Positions 46,822 to 57,351 are shown, counted from the stretch's first letter. The stretch: DNA of 64,000 bases from an uncultured Gammaproteobacteria bacterium (GCA_963768215.1 CAVYHW010000006.1:426-64425); one strand, 5' to 3'. Numbers and translations are program-made. The notes: generated from the sequence alone by a model not told the origin.

Positions 46822-48714
46822 CTAAGGAATGATATTCGAATTCATTCTTGCCTGAATGGCCTGTAAGATGCCGGATTTATCGAGGTTCCAGTCGGCAAAC
46901 AGTTCGCCGGGCTGACCGTGAGTAATAAATTCATCAGGGAAGCCAATTTGTAGCAGATTAGCCATGATGTGTTGCTGAATGAGATATTCAGCAACGGCAC
47001 TGCCAGCTCCACCGGCAATGGCATTGTCCTCAATCGTAACAATTAAATCATAGTGCCTGGCTATGCTATTGATTGTGTTTGTGTCCAGTGGCTTAACGAA
47101 GCGCATATTGAAAACACTGGCATCTATTTCTTCGGCAACTTCCATGGCGGTTGCTAACAGGGTGCCGAAGACTAATAAAACAACTTTATTCCCTTGCCGT
47201 ACCTGTTTCGCCTGGGCGAATGGTAAGGCCTTAAGTTCATTCCTGCCTTCATCAGTCAAATGCATGCCGGTACAGGAACCACGAGGGTAACGTACCGCAC
47301 TGGGACCATCATGTAAAAAGGCGGTGGTGAGCAGGCCGCGGCAATCAGCTTCATCGGCTGGTGTCATAATGACCATGTTAGGTATGCAGCGTAAAAAACT
47401 GATGTCATAGGCTCCGGTATGGGTCGGGCCATCCGCACCGACAATACCGGCACGATCAATAGCAAAAACCACGGACAGGTTCTGCAGGGCGACATCATGG
47501 ACCAGCTGGTCGTAAGCGCGTTGTAAAAAAGTCGAGTAGATAGCAACCACTGGTTTTAAACCATCACATGCCATGCCGGCAGCGAGTGTGACGGCGTGCT
47601 GTTCTGCAATGCCTACATCAAAATAACGTTTTGGAAAGCGCCTGGAAAATTCAACCAGCCCTGAACCCTCGCGCATGGCAGGCGTAATGCCGATCAGGCG
47701 TTCATCCTGCGCTGCCATGTCACATAACCACTGGCCGAAAATTTCGGTATAACTTGGTGGTTTGGTTGTGGCGGCTGCGTGGGATTTTCCGGTGCTTAAG
47801 TCAAAGGCGCTGACAGCATGGAATTTAACGGGGGCATCTTCTGATGGGAAGTAACCTCTTCCTTTCTGGGTTTTAATATGTAGCAGCCTGGGGCCCGATT
47901 GATTATTTATATTTTTTAACACAGGTACCAAAGTGTCCAGATCATGCCCGTCAACCGGTCCAAAATAGTTAAACCCCAGCTCTTCGAACATGGTTCCCGG
48001 CGCCACCATGCCTTTCACATGTTCTTCTGTGCGTCGCGCCAGTTCCAGCGCAGGTGGGATATTTTCCAGTACTTTTTTTCCGCCTTCACGCAGGGTTGAA
48101 AACAGGTTGCCGGACAGCAGGCGGGTGAGGTGGTTTGACAGTGCGCCAACATTGGGGGAAATCGACATGTCATTGTCGTTCAGAATCACCAGTAAATTGG
48201 CGTCACTGTCACCGGCATGGTTCAGTGCTTCAAATGCCATGCCTGCCGTCATTGCGCCATCGCCGATGACAGCGACACAATGCCGGTTCTCCTTGTTCTT
48301 TCTGGCGGCAATGCTCATACCCAGTGCGGCGGCAATTGATGTACTGGAGTGGCCGGCGCCAAAACAGTCATACTCACTTTCTTCGCGTTTTGGGAAACCG
48401 GCAATGCCTCCTTTTTGCCGTAAAGTGCGCATTTGTTCACGCCGGCCAGTAAGGATTTTATGTGGGTAGGTTTGATGGCCGACATCCCATACCAGGCGGT
48501 CGTAAGGGGTATTGAATACATAATGCAGCGCTACCGTGAGTTCTACCGTGCCAAGGCCTGCAGAAAGATGGCCACCGGTAGATGAAACGCTGTCCAGCAA
48601 AAACTCTCGTAACTGGCGTGTGAGTTCGTTTAGTTGCAAAGCATTGAGCTTGCGAACGTCCGCCGGTGAGTTTATTGACTCTAGCAGTGACCAGTTGGAT
48701 TTAGTAAACGACAT
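46822..48714 (-). CDS. dxs: 1-deoxy-D-xylulose-5-phosphate synthase
   Basis: 630 aa. [21 protein letters not shown]...[15 protein letters not shown]. Confidence 0.97.
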   Translation of the reverse strand: MSFTKSNWSLLESINSPADVRKLNALQLNELTRQLREFLLDSVSSTGGHLSAGLGTVELTVALHYVFNTPYDRLVWDVGHQTYPHKILTGRREQMRTLRQKGGIAGFPKREESEYDCFGAGHSSTSIAAALGMSIAARKNKENRHCVAVIGDGAMTAGMAFEALNHAGDSDANLLVILNDNDMSISPNVGALSNHLTRLLSGNLFSTLREGGKKVLENIPPALELARRTEEHVKGMVAPGTMFEELGFNYFGPVDGHDLDTLVPVLKNINNQSGPRLLHIKTQKGRGYFPSEDAPVKFHAVSAFDLSTGKSHAAATTKPPSYTEIFGQWLCDMAAQDERLIGITPAMREGSGLVEFSRRFPKRYFDVGIAEQHAVTLAAGMACDGLKPVVAIYSTFLQRAYDQLVHDVALQNLSVVFAIDRAGIVGADGPTHTGAYDISFLRCIPNMVIMTPADEADCRGLLTTAFLHDGPSAVRYPRGSCTGMHLTDEGRNELKALPFAQAKQVRQGNKVVLLVFGTLLATAMEVAEEIDASVFNMRFVKPLDTNTINSIARHYDLIVTIEDNAIAGGAGSAVAEYLIQQHIMANLLQIGFPDEFITHGQPGELFADWNLDKSGILQAIQARMNSNIIP

Positions 48715-48769
48715 ATCTGGATAATATTATGTATGAACTATGGTTAATTATTTATCGTTAATTGCGAGG

Positions 48770-49669
48770 TTAAAACTGACGTTCCACAATATAAGCAGAC
48801 AGCTGACGTAAACTATCTGCTTTTTCATCCAGATGTTCAAGTGTTTTTAACGCAAGCTTATGTTGTTCCAGCGCCAGCTGCTTGGATTTTTTCAGTCCTA
48901 TAATGGCGGGAAACGTGGGTTTTTCCTGTTTTTGATCAGAGCCCTGTGGTTTGCCCAGTGTTTCAGTGTCGCTGATTACATCCAGAATATCATCCTGAAT
49001 CTGAAAAGACAGGCCAATATACATCGCATATTTGCTGAGCATGTCGATTTCCTGCTGACAAATGTCCTGTTTACACATGCCGCCAAGCAGAATGCTGGCG
49101 CGAATCAGTGCGCCGGTTTTTAGCTGGTGCATCTGTTCCAGCTGTTCCAGTGTGAGATGTTTGCCGACTGATGCCAAATCTACTGCCTGGCCTCCGGCCA
49201 TACCGTGCGCACCACTGGCTTCAGTTAGCAGGCTTAACATTTCAATTCTATGCTCAGGTGTTAACTCTTTATGATCATCTTTCGCCAGAATTTCATAAGC
49301 CAGCGCCTGTAAGGCATCACCGGCCAGTATCGCCGTGGCTTCATCAAATTTTTTGTGACAGGTGGGGCGACCGCGCCGCAGATCATCATCATCCATTGCC
49401 GGCAGGTCATCGTGAATTAATGAATATGCATGGATCATTTCAACTGCACAGGCGGGAATGTCCAGTAAATCTGTGGATACGCCCATTGCCTCGCCAGCAG
49501 CGTAAACCATGGCGGGTCTTATGCGTTTTCCACCCCCAATAACGGAATAACGAATGGCTGTAGCCAGATTGTGTTCCGGTGGATCGTCCGATGGCAGGTA
49601 TTTATCTAATGCGGCATCAACACGTTTCTGGTAGGTCTCAAGGCGAGACTGGAAAGTAGGCTTAGTCAT
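48770..49669 (-). CDS. ispA: farnesyl diphosphate synthase
   Basis: 299 aa. IHDDLPAMDDDDLRRG and FQIQDDILD. Confidence 0.92.
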   Translation of the reverse strand: MTKPTFQSRLETYQKRVDAALDKYLPSDDPPEHNLATAIRYSVIGGGKRIRPAMVYAAGEAMGVSTDLLDIPACAVEMIHAYSLIHDDLPAMDDDDLRRGRPTCHKKFDEATAILAGDALQALAYEILAKDDHKELTPEHRIEMLSLLTEASGAHGMAGGQAVDLASVGKHLTLEQLEQMHQLKTGALIRASILLGGMCKQDICQQEIDMLSKYAMYIGLSFQIQDDILDVISDTETLGKPQGSDQKQEKPTFPAIIGLKKSKQLALEQHKLALKTLEHLDEKADSLRQLSAYIVERQF

Positions 49670-49892
49670 CCAGCTCGAGGTCTTGTTCTATCAGTTTGCC
49701 ATTTTTTTCAACCAGTTCCTTGATTTTTAACTCAGCATTCTGCAGTGCCTGCTGACACTCAGTACTCAAAGCAATGCCTTTTTCAAAACGTTTCAGTGAT
49801 TCTTCCAGGCTGAGATTACCCTGTTCCATATCGTCAACCAGGGTTTCGAGTTCGGATAATGCTTTTTCAAAGTTGGGGGTCTTTTTAACCAT
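49662..49892 (-). CDS. xseB: exodeoxyribonuclease VII small subunit
   Basis: FEKALSELETLVDDMEQGNLSLEESLKRFEKGIAL. The stop overlaps the ispA start (ATGACTAA). Met6 of the track ORF is preferred as start. Confidence 0.85.
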   Translation of the reverse strand: MVKKTPNFEKALSELETLVDDMEQGNLSLEESLKRFEKGIALSTECQQALQNAELKIKELVEKNGKLIEQDLELDD

Positions 49893-49957
49893 GACGCATT
49901 TTAGCAAACTATTCGGAGGTTGATATAGTTCTGTCGCTATGAATTTTAAAAGACTTT

Positions 49958-50119
49958 AGTCCGCGAATAACGCAAAAGACGCGAAAAAAACAAAAGAATA
50001 TTGTCCACAGATGAACGCAGATGAACACAGATGTTTTAAAATTAAAAAAAGATTTTATCTGTGTTCATCTGTGGATTAAAAAAGTTTTTTCTTTGCGTGT
50101 TTCGCGTTATTCGCGGACT
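49958..50119. repeat. composite palindrome: 9-mer-unit outer arms (GCGAATAAC GCAAAAGAC GCGAAA) enclosing a family A core
   Basis: AGTCCGCGAATAACGCAAAAGACGCGAAA ... GTCCACAGATGAACGCAGATGAACACAGAT ... ATCTGTGTTCATCTGTGGAT ... GCGTGTTTCGCGTTATTCGCGGACT. Confidence 0.8.
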
Positions 50120-50128
50120 AAAATGTTT

Positions 50129-51499
50129 TTATAGCGTAATGGCAGTTTCTATCAGTTCGCTGACACGCTGTACGGCAATGATGTTTAGGCCTTCAATGGT
50201 TTCGCCTTTTCTAGGTTTATTGGCTTTTGGAATTATTGCTGTTTTAAAACCATGTTTGGCTGCTTCGCGTAAACGTTCCTGGCCGTTGGGCACCGGGCGA
50301 ATCTCACCGGCCAGACCGACTTCGCCAAAGGTAAAGATATCGTTAGCTAAGGGTTTATCGCGAAAGCTGGAAAGTGCAGCAAGAATCAGAGCAGTATCAG
50401 CAGAGGTTTCACTAAGGCGTACACCGCCAACAATATTGATAAATACATCCTGATCGAACATGGCGATACCGGCGTGCCGATGCATTACCGCCAGCAGCAT
50501 GTTCAGGCGATTGGGGTCGAGCCCAAGACATACGCGCCTCGGATTATTGCTGTGGCATTCATCCACCAGCGCCTGCAATTCAATGAGCAGCGGGCGGCTG
50601 CCTTCGCGGGTGACAGTGATGATACTGCCGGGCACGGGCTGCTCGTGACGCGAAAGAAAAATGGCCGACGGGTTGCTGACTGTTTTCAGGCCTTCATCGG
50701 TCATGGCAAAAATACCCAGTTCATTGACCGCGCCAAAACGGTTTTTTACGGCGCGAATCATACGGTAACGTTCGCCCGGATCACCTTCAAAATAAAGTAC
50801 GGTATCAACCATGTGTTCTAGTACGCGCGGGCCGGCAAGTGTACCTTCTTTAGTGACATGTCCTACCAGAAATAATGCGGTGCCGGTCTGTTTGGCAAAG
50901 CGCACCAGTTGCGCAGCGCTTTCTCTCACCTGGGCCACGGCGCCGGGCGCCGACTGCAAAGCTTCGGTGTAGATGGTCTGGATGGAGTCAATAACGATAA
51001 CTTTAGGGTTGTCTTCGCCAGCCAGTGTGATGATGTTTTCCACGCAGGTTTCGGACAATAATTTCAGGCCCCTGTCTTCCAGACCCAGACGATGGGCGCG
51101 CATGCTGATCTGTTGCAGCGACTCCTCACCGGTGACATATAAGCAGGGAAGTGACTGGCTCAGGCTGGCCAGGGTCTGGGTCAATAAAGTTGATTTGCCA
51201 ATACCCGGGTCACCGCCGATTAAGGTGACAGAGCCATGCACCAGGCCACCGCCGAGTACCCGGTCCAGTTCACTGATTCTTGTTGGTGTGCGCATTTCCT
51301 CAAGCATTTGAATGTCTTCTAATGCCTGAATTTGTGCATTGCCCTTTTTGCCGGCAAAGCCCTGACGGTTATTTGTGGTGATGGCAGCGATGGTTTCGCT
51401 CATGGTGTTCCATTCTCCACAGTCGCCACACTGGCCGGCCCATTTTGAATGGCTGGCGCCACAGGCAGTACAAACGTATTGTATTTTTGCTTTGGCCAT
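50129..51499 (-). CDS. radA: DNA repair protein RadA
   Basis: 456 aa. Zinc-finger CTACGASHSKWAGQCGDCGEWN, Walker A GDPGIGKST, Lon-like C-terminus. Confidence 0.95.
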   Translation of the reverse strand: MAKAKIQYVCTACGASHSKWAGQCGDCGEWNTMSETIAAITTNNRQGFAGKKGNAQIQALEDIQMLEEMRTPTRISELDRVLGGGLVHGSVTLIGGDPGIGKSTLLTQTLASLSQSLPCLYVTGEESLQQISMRAHRLGLEDRGLKLLSETCVENIITLAGEDNPKVIVIDSIQTIYTEALQSAPGAVAQVRESAAQLVRFAKQTGTALFLVGHVTKEGTLAGPRVLEHMVDTVLYFEGDPGERYRMIRAVKNRFGAVNELGIFAMTDEGLKTVSNPSAIFLSRHEQPVPGSIITVTREGSRPLLIELQALVDECHSNNPRRVCLGLDPNRLNMLLAVMHRHAGIAMFDQDVFINIVGGVRLSETSADTALILAALSSFRDKPLANDIFTFGEVGLAGEIRPVPNGQERLREAAKHGFKTAIIPKANKPRKGETIEGLNIIAVQRVSELIETAITL

Positions 51500-51563
51500 T
51501 GTTACTTAATAGTGTATATGCATTACTTAAATGAATATTCTTAAAAACCAGTTAAAATATTCT

Positions 51564-51735
51564 TTGTCGCGAAAAACGCAAAAATCGCGAAGAAAAGATT
51601 TTTTAGTCCACAGATGAACGCAGATAAACACAGATGTTTTAAAACTAAAAAAAGGTTTTATCTGTGTTTATCTGCGTTCATCTGTGGACAATTAGTCTTT
51701 TGATCTTTTTGCGCCCTTTGCGTTTTTCGCGGCAA
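51564..51735. repeat. composite palindrome (outer TTGTCGCGAAAAACGCAA arms + family A core)
   Basis: TTGTCGCGAAAAACGCAAAAATCGCGAAG ... GTCCACAGATGAACGCAGATAAACACAGAT ... ATCTGTGTTTATCTGCGTTCATCTGTGGAC ... TTGCGTTTTTCGCGGCAA. Confidence 0.8.
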
Positions 51736-51763
51736 AATATTTTTCACCACATTTACAGCCTCA

Positions 51764-53056
51764 TTAGTTTTTATTCTTTTCCAGGTTTTCATCCTCGGCT
51801 GATTTTGTGTCTGTTACTATTGCTGTTTGCACGGCGTTGTTTTTTGTGCGTGTAATTTCAATAGTGTAATCGTCTACCATCAAACCGGTGCCATTTTGCG
51901 GGATAATTTCCATGTACTCCAGGATCAGGCCATTAAGTGTTTTAGGCCCGTCAGTGGGCAATGACCAGTTTAAGGCTCGGTTGATTTCACGGATGTTGGT
52001 ATTGCCGTCAATCAGGTAACCGTTGTTTTCTGTTTTGTGTATACCAGGGATTCGTATTGGTGAATCAGTTGTAAACCGGCCTACAATTTCTTCCAGAATA
52101 TCTTCCAGTGTCACCAGGCCCTGAATACTGCCGTATTCATCTACCGCCATTCCTGTGCGGCGGCGGTTGTCCTTGAAATTTAATAACTGAAGAGTGAGAG
52201 GGGTTTCAACCGGAATAAAATAGGCTGGTATAATTAGCCTGTTTAATGTTTTCATGTTTAGTTCATCACGAGAAAGCAGGTTGAGTACTTTGCGTAAATG
52301 TAAAGTGCCTACAGTATTATCAATGCTATCATGAAACACCGGAACACGTGTGCGTTGACTGTGTGTTATCTGGTGCACAATGTCATTCCAGTTATCGTTC
52401 AGGTCGATACCAGTAATTTCATTTCTTGGCACCATTATGTCTTCTACACTGACCTGTTCCAGGTCCAGAATGCCAAGCAGCATATCGGTATGAATCCGTG
52501 GCATGAAATGTTCGGCTTCTATGACAACAGCACGTAACTCGTCGGCGCTGAGTTCATGTTTTGCTCCTTTATCCGGATGAACTCCAAATAAACGCAACAG
52601 TGAATTTGAGAAAATATTCACCAGCCAGACAAAGGGGTAGAGTGGCGTGGCGATAAGTGAGTAGAGAAAAGCCGAAGGAAAGGCGAGTTTTTCCGGTTTT
52701 AATGCGGCCAGTGTTTTAGGGGTGACTTCTGCGAATACTAAAATAACAAAGGTCAAAACAAAGGGCGCAATAGCGATACCGATTTCACCATAAAGCCGCA
52801 GTGCAATAATGGTAGCGATGGTTGCGGCAAATATATTTACGATATTATTGCCAAGCAATATCAGGCCAAGTAATCGATCTGGTCGTGCCAGTAGTTTAAT
52901 GGCAAGTTTTGCACCTTTATGGCCTTTATGGGCAAGACTTTTTGCGCGATAACGGTTGAGCGTCATCAAAGCGGTTTCGGAGCCGGAAAAGAAGCCGGAA
53001 AGTAAAATCAGAAGTGCAAGAATGATAAACAGCGAAACTGTTGATATTTCGTTCAA
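51764..53056 (-). CDS. HlyC/CorC (CNNM) family transporter: DUF21 + CBS pair + CorC_HlyC
   Basis: 430 aa. Next to ypjD and ffh, as for E. coli yfjD. Confidence 0.85.
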   Translation of the reverse strand: MNEISTVSLFIILALLILLSGFFSGSETALMTLNRYRAKSLAHKGHKGAKLAIKLLARPDRLLGLILLGNNIVNIFAATIATIIALRLYGEIGIAIAPFVLTFVILVFAEVTPKTLAALKPEKLAFPSAFLYSLIATPLYPFVWLVNIFSNSLLRLFGVHPDKGAKHELSADELRAVVIEAEHFMPRIHTDMLLGILDLEQVSVEDIMVPRNEITGIDLNDNWNDIVHQITHSQRTRVPVFHDSIDNTVGTLHLRKVLNLLSRDELNMKTLNRLIIPAYFIPVETPLTLQLLNFKDNRRRTGMAVDEYGSIQGLVTLEDILEEIVGRFTTDSPIRIPGIHKTENNGYLIDGNTNIREINRALNWSLPTDGPKTLNGLILEYMEIIPQNGTGLMVDDYTIEITRTKNNAVQTAIVTDTKSAEDENLEKNKN

Positions 53057-53128
53057 GAAGAGTTTCTCTTAATTATGAGAATGGTTAATTTATACGCACA
53101 GATTTTGCTTGCCCATTATGACAGCAAG

Positions 53129-53962
53129 TCATGACAGCAAAACTTCCAGCACAAATTTACTACCAAAATAAGCCAGCATCAGGCTGGCAAAGCCGGTCAG
53201 GGTCCAGCGAATTGCAACACGGCCACGCCAGCCAAGTTTCCAGTGGCCGATTAATAAAATAAGAAAGACAAACCAGGCAAAAATGGACAATACGGTTTTG
53301 TGTGCCAGTTGCTGTGCAAACATGTTTTCCAGGAAAATCAGTCCACTGCCTAGTGATATGGTTAATGCTATAAAGCCGACAACTATGACTTCAAACAGTA
53401 AAATTTCCATGTGTCTTAACGGCGGCATGAGTTTAATTAATCCGCCGGGCTGGTGAGCGTGCAGAAATTTATTCTGTATGGACAGTAAAATGGCCTGTAG
53501 CGCAGCCAGCGAAAGTACACTGTAGGCGATGATGGAGGTCAATATGTGAAAAATGAGCGCATTTGAACTGTCTGCAGGTAGCAGGTGGTCAGTGCTGCTG
53601 TCGATATCAAGTAACATAGTGACTGCTGCAATAGGCAGCAGAATGATTGGCAGGATTTCAACCGGGTAGCGCCAGGCATCTATTAAAGTCAGAAAAACGA
53701 TAAATGCAGTAATCAGTGACAGGGCATTAAAAAAGCCGAGGTTGACGCCCTGTGGGATAAACATGCCGTTATACAGCGCCAGGCTATGCAGCAGAAAACC
53801 GCCCAGGCCAATGAGCAGGATCTGTTTTTTTGACAGTGCCGTGGAGTGTGCAGCAGAGCTCTCAGCAGTCTGTCCTGTGGGTTGTTTTATGTGAAAAAAT
53901 AACAATGCAGAACTGGTTAAATATAGAATAATGGCACTGTAAATGAAGATGTATTTATCCAT
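53129..53962 (-). CDS. ypjD: CcsA-like cytochrome c assembly family membrane protein (YpjD-like)
   Basis: 277 aa, 8 TM-like segments. Divergent from ffh as in E. coli. Confidence 0.7.
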   Translation of the reverse strand: MDKYIFIYSAIILYLTSSALLFFHIKQPTGQTAESSAAHSTALSKKQILLIGLGGFLLHSLALYNGMFIPQGVNLGFFNALSLITAFIVFLTLIDAWRYPVEILPIILLPIAAVTMLLDIDSSTDHLLPADSSNALIFHILTSIIAYSVLSLAALQAILLSIQNKFLHAHQPGGLIKLMPPLRHMEILLFEVIVVGFIALTISLGSGLIFLENMFAQQLAHKTVLSIFAWFVFLILLIGHWKLGWRGRVAIRWTLTGFASLMLAYFGSKFVLEVLLS

Positions 53963-53999
53963 GTTGATTATTTTTTTGGCTCCATACTGAGCTTGGACC

Positions 54000-54266
54000 A
54001 GGGCCTGTTAACACTAATTAAACTGTCACTGTCGGGGCCATTTTTTTGACCAGCAAGACGGAAAGAGTGAAGTGTAGTTATTCTACTCAAACGATTGACA
54101 ACGTAGTTGGACGGAAAAATGGCCCCGACCCTTCGGGTTGTGTTTGAAAAAGCGCCACTCAGTGTTGCTTGTCGTTTATTTGGAATAACCAAACTACTCT
54201 CCTCACGCCTCGATTGACACTTTTTCAATCACAACAGTGATAATTTAATTAGTGTTAACAGGCCCT
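54000..54266 (-). mobile_element. MITE-like element, family G (inverted copy)
   Basis: TIR AGGGCCTGTTAACACTAA / TTAGTGTTAACAGGCCCT. The interior is the reverse complement of 25847-26118 with substitutions and indels. Confidence 0.75.
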
Positions 54267-54450
54267 ACATAATAATTCGAAAAATTATAACATATACTCG
54301 TTGGTTGTTAGTCATTGGTCTTTTGACGAAAAAAAAAAAGACTAACAACGATCTTTATAATTCGCTATAATTCTCGTTCTTGTATAATCGGGATCGGCGT
54401 CATTTTGATCAACTGATAGTATTATTGTTTTCTGCTTTTGGCTAACAAAG

Positions 54451-54606
54451 TGACTCCGACCCAATGCCAGTAAGTTAAGGGAAATCTATGTCATGGTAGG
54501 GTGCGCCATGCGCACCAAACGGCCAGCAGGTCGGTATTTCCATGGTGCGCACAGCGCACCCTACTTCAACAAAAACACTTAACTTACTGATATTGACTCT
54601 GACCCC
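54451..54606. mobile_element. MITE-like element, family L, flanked by 12-bp direct repeats
   Basis: DR TGACTCCGACCC / TGACTCTGACCC. TIR CAGTAAGTTAAG / CTTAACTTACTG. Core palindrome GTAGGGTGCGC...GCGCACCCTAC. Confidence 0.55.
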
Positions 54607-54626
54607 TAAACGACTCAGGTTTTATT

Positions 54627-56012
54627 ATGTTTGATGGATTAAGTGACCGTCTTGCCAGTACCGCGCAGAAATTGCGCGGTGAAGGCCGACTGACCGAAAA
54701 AAATATTCAGGATGCGTTGCGTGATGTACGCATGGCATTGTTAGAAGCAGACGTTGCGCTGAGCGTTGTCCGCGGCTTTATCGAAGAGGTAAAACAGCGT
54801 GCGCTGGGTGAGGAAGTATTAACCAGTCTGAAGCCGGGGCATGTTTTTGTAAATATCGTCCAGGATGAACTGGTTAAGATAATGGGCGCGCAAAACGAGC
54901 AACTCGATTTGAGCGCACAACCCCCCGCCGTGGTGCTGATGGCCGGATTACAGGGCGCGGGTAAAACCACCACGGTGGCCAAACTGGCTAAAATGCTCAA
55001 GGAAAGAGAGAAAAAGAAATCCCTGCTGGTGAGCTGTGATATTTATCGGCCAGCGGCGATAGAGCAGCTAAAGACCCTGGCCACACAGGTTGGCGCAGAA
55101 TTTTTCCCCAGCAGTACCGATCAAAAACCAGTTGATATCGCCAGGGCCGCCATTGATTATGCGCGCAAGCATTATATTGATGTGGTGCTGGTAGATACCG
55201 CCGGCCGTTTACACATCGACACGGACATGATGGATGAAATCAAGGCCATTCACGCTGCAGTTAACCCGATAGAAACCCTGTTTGTGGTTGATAGTATGAC
55301 CGGCCAGGATGCGGCCAACACCGCGAAGGTGTTTAATGAGGCCCTGCCATTAACCGGTGTTATTTTAACCAAAACCGATGGTGATGCCCGTGGCGGCGCC
55401 GCCCTGTCGATTCGACAGATTACCGGTAAACCCATTAAATTTATGGGTTCAGGTGAAAAAATTGAAGCACTTGAAGCCTTTTACCCTGATCGTGTGGCTT
55501 CACGTATTCTGGGTATGGGTGACGTGCTTTCGCTGGTCGAAGAAGTTCAGCAGAAAGTCGATCACAAAAAAGCGGCGCGGCTGGCGAATAAGATCCAGAA
55601 GGGCAAGAGTTTCAATTTCAATGACCTGAAAGAACAGTTTGAGCAAATGCAGAATATGGGCGGCATGGCCGGTTTAATGGACAAACTCCCCGGCATGCCG
55701 GGCATGGCGGACAAACTTAAGGACAAGGTTAATGACAGGGAAATGCGACGTATGGTTGGCATTATCAATTCCATGACACCCAAAGAACGAGCCTTCCCGG
55801 ATATCATCAAAGGCTCGCGCAAGCGCCGAATCGCAGCAGGTTGCGGCTTGCAGGTGCAGGACGTGAACCGGCTCATCAAGCAGCAGATGCAGATGAAGAA
55901 GATGATGAAAAAAATGTCCGGCGGCGGCATGGCAAAAATGATGCGCGCCATGAAAGGTGGTGGTATGCCGCCGGGAATGGGTGGACCGGGTGGTGGCGGT
56001 ATGGGTTTTTAG
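54627..56012 (+). CDS. ffh: signal recognition particle protein
   Basis: 461 aa. GLQGAGKTT, DTAGRL, Met-rich M domain. Confidence 0.97.
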   Translation: MFDGLSDRLASTAQKLRGEGRLTEKNIQDALRDVRMALLEADVALSVVRGFIEEVKQRALGEEVLTSLKPGHVFVNIVQDELVKIMGAQNEQLDLSAQPPAVVLMAGLQGAGKTTTVAKLAKMLKEREKKKSLLVSCDIYRPAAIEQLKTLATQVGAEFFPSSTDQKPVDIARAAIDYARKHYIDVVLVDTAGRLHIDTDMMDEIKAIHAAVNPIETLFVVDSMTGQDAANTAKVFNEALPLTGVILTKTDGDARGGAALSIRQITGKPIKFMGSGEKIEALEAFYPDRVASRILGMGDVLSLVEEVQQKVDHKKAARLANKIQKGKSFNFNDLKEQFEQMQNMGGMAGLMDKLPGMPGMADKLKDKVNDREMRRMVGIINSMTPKERAFPDIIKGSRKRRIAAGCGLQVQDVNRLIKQQMQMKKMMKKMSGGGMAKMMRAMKGGGMPPGMGGPGGGGMGF

Positions 56013-56048
56013 CCTGCGTGGTTAATGAATAAAAACAAAAAGTAAATC

Positions 56049-56135
56049 GTCCGCAGATAAACACAGATGTTTAAAGCCCTACTAACGTAATTATCTGTGT
56101 TTATCGTCTGTGTTTATCTGCGTTTATCTGTGGAT
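56049..56135. repeat. family A palindrome (degenerate)
   Basis: GTCCGCAGATAAACACAGAT ... ATCTGTGTTTATCGTCTGTGTTTATCTGCGTTTATCTGTGGAT. Confidence 0.7.
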
Positions 56136-56374
56136 TTAAATTGTTTTTATCTGTACGGGCACATTTCTAGCTGTAATCGAAAATAAATGACACTCTTGAC
56201 TGAAATGTGTCACTTTTTTTTACAGTTCACTGCAGGCGCTTAAATAGCTGTCACAACAATCAACAATAACAAACAATCATCAAGTTCAACGAAATGCCCG
56301 TACGAGTGGGCTTTAAGCACTAAAATGGATTAAGCCGCTGCTTTATTTAGCCGGTGTTATTCAGGTTAATTTTC

Positions 56375-56391
56375 TGGCATGTGATTTGCTT
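56375..56391 (+). promoter_or_regulatory. sigma54-type (-24/-12) promoter candidate
   Basis: TGGCATGTGATTTGCTT. GG at 56376-56377 and TTGCT with GC at 56388-56389, giving exact consensus spacing. About 40 nt upstream of the ATG at 56429. Confidence 0.45.
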
Positions 56392-56428
56392 ATCTTGTAT
56401 TGACAATTGCAAATACAAGAGTGTAACC

Positions 56429-56539
56429 ATGCATCACAATAAAGATACTCAGAAAGAAATAGTTGTTATAGAGGCGGTTGTGTGGGTATTTTGGGTAGTT
56501 GTCTTTGTCGTTGTTTATCTGCTTTCTAAATTAATATGA
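56429..56539 (+). CDS. candidate 36-aa hydrophobic membrane peptide
   Basis: MHHNKDTQKEIVVIEAVVWVFWVVVFVVVYLLSKLI*. Polar head plus one TM segment. Weak AAGAG upstream. Confidence 0.25.
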   Translation: MHHNKDTQKEIVVIEAVVWVFWVVVFVVVYLLSKLI

Positions 56540-56552
56540 AAATAACCTGGCA

Positions 56553-56732
56553 ATGATTAATTTACTCAACAGGGGAAAACAACTATTTTACGAGGTACTT
56601 GTTTCACACCGTCAGTTGCCTGTTAATACAGAAGATGAGGATCTGGCGATGAGCTGTGGTGCATTTAACCCGCGTTTTTTAGCCAGGATTAAAAGGAGTA
56701 AAGCTGACAACAAAATAACAGTCCGAAAATAA
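56553..56732 (+). CDS. candidate 59-aa ORF whose 3' end runs into a repeat (possible gene remnant)
   Basis: MINLLNRGKQLFYEVLVSHRQLPVNTEDEDLAMSCGAFNPRFLARIKRSKADNKITVRK*. Below the ORF-track cutoff. The last codons lie in repeat 56720-56893. Confidence 0.2.
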   Translation: MINLLNRGKQLFYEVLVSHRQLPVNTEDEDLAMSCGAFNPRFLARIKRSKADNKITVRK

Positions 56733-56893
56733 CGCCAAGAACACGAAAATAAAGAAATCAAAGATTATTGTCCACAGATGAACGCAGATAAACACAGATA
56801 AAAATGTTTTTTGTTTTTTAAATCCGTGTTTATCTGCGTTCATCTGTGGATCAAAAAGTTTTTTCTTTGCGTCTTTTGCGTTATTTGCGGACT
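56720..56893. repeat. composite palindrome (outer AGTCCG-AAAATAACGC arms + family A core)
   Basis: AGTCCGAAAATAACGCCAAGAACACGAAA ... GTCCACAGATGAACGCAGATAAACACAGAT ... ATCCGTGTTTATCTGCGTTCATCTGTGGAT ... GCGTCTTTTGCGTTATTTGCGGACT. Confidence 0.8.
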
Positions 56894-57061
56894 ATTTTAT
56901 GGTTTTTTTCTACAAATCGACGTCTGTGCATTGAGTCTTCCTGTTTATATTCGTAAAACAGGCTTCCATCTGACAAAATAATCACGTAAAATTCGCGGTT
57001 CGCTGTGGCCCATGAATATATTTCTGGGGCCTTTTTTAGTTAAAGAATTTGAGAGTGACAG

Positions 57062-57325
57062 ATGGTAACAATACGTTTATCAAGAGGCGGTGCAAAGAAA
57101 AAGCCTTTTTATCACATTGATGTTAAAGACTCACGCAGGTCTCGTGATGGTCGTTACATTGAGCGTTTAGGTTTTTTCAACCCTGGTGCTACCGGTGGTG
57201 AACAACGTCTGGTAATTGATATGGATCGTGTAACGCACTGGAAATCTATGGGTGCGCAAACATCAGATCGTGTATCCAGCTTGCTTAAACAGGCCAAGGC
57301 TGAATCAAGCCAGCAAGCTGCTTAG
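57062..57325 (+). CDS. rpsP: 30S ribosomal protein S16
   Basis: [19 protein letters not shown]... Confidence 0.97.
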   Translation: MVTIRLSRGGAKKKPFYHIDVKDSRRSRDGRYIERLGFFNPGATGGEQRLVIDMDRVTHWKSMGAQTSDRVSSLLKQAKAESSQQAA

Positions 57326-57351
57326 TGATTTGCTTATAAAATATTGGCCTG

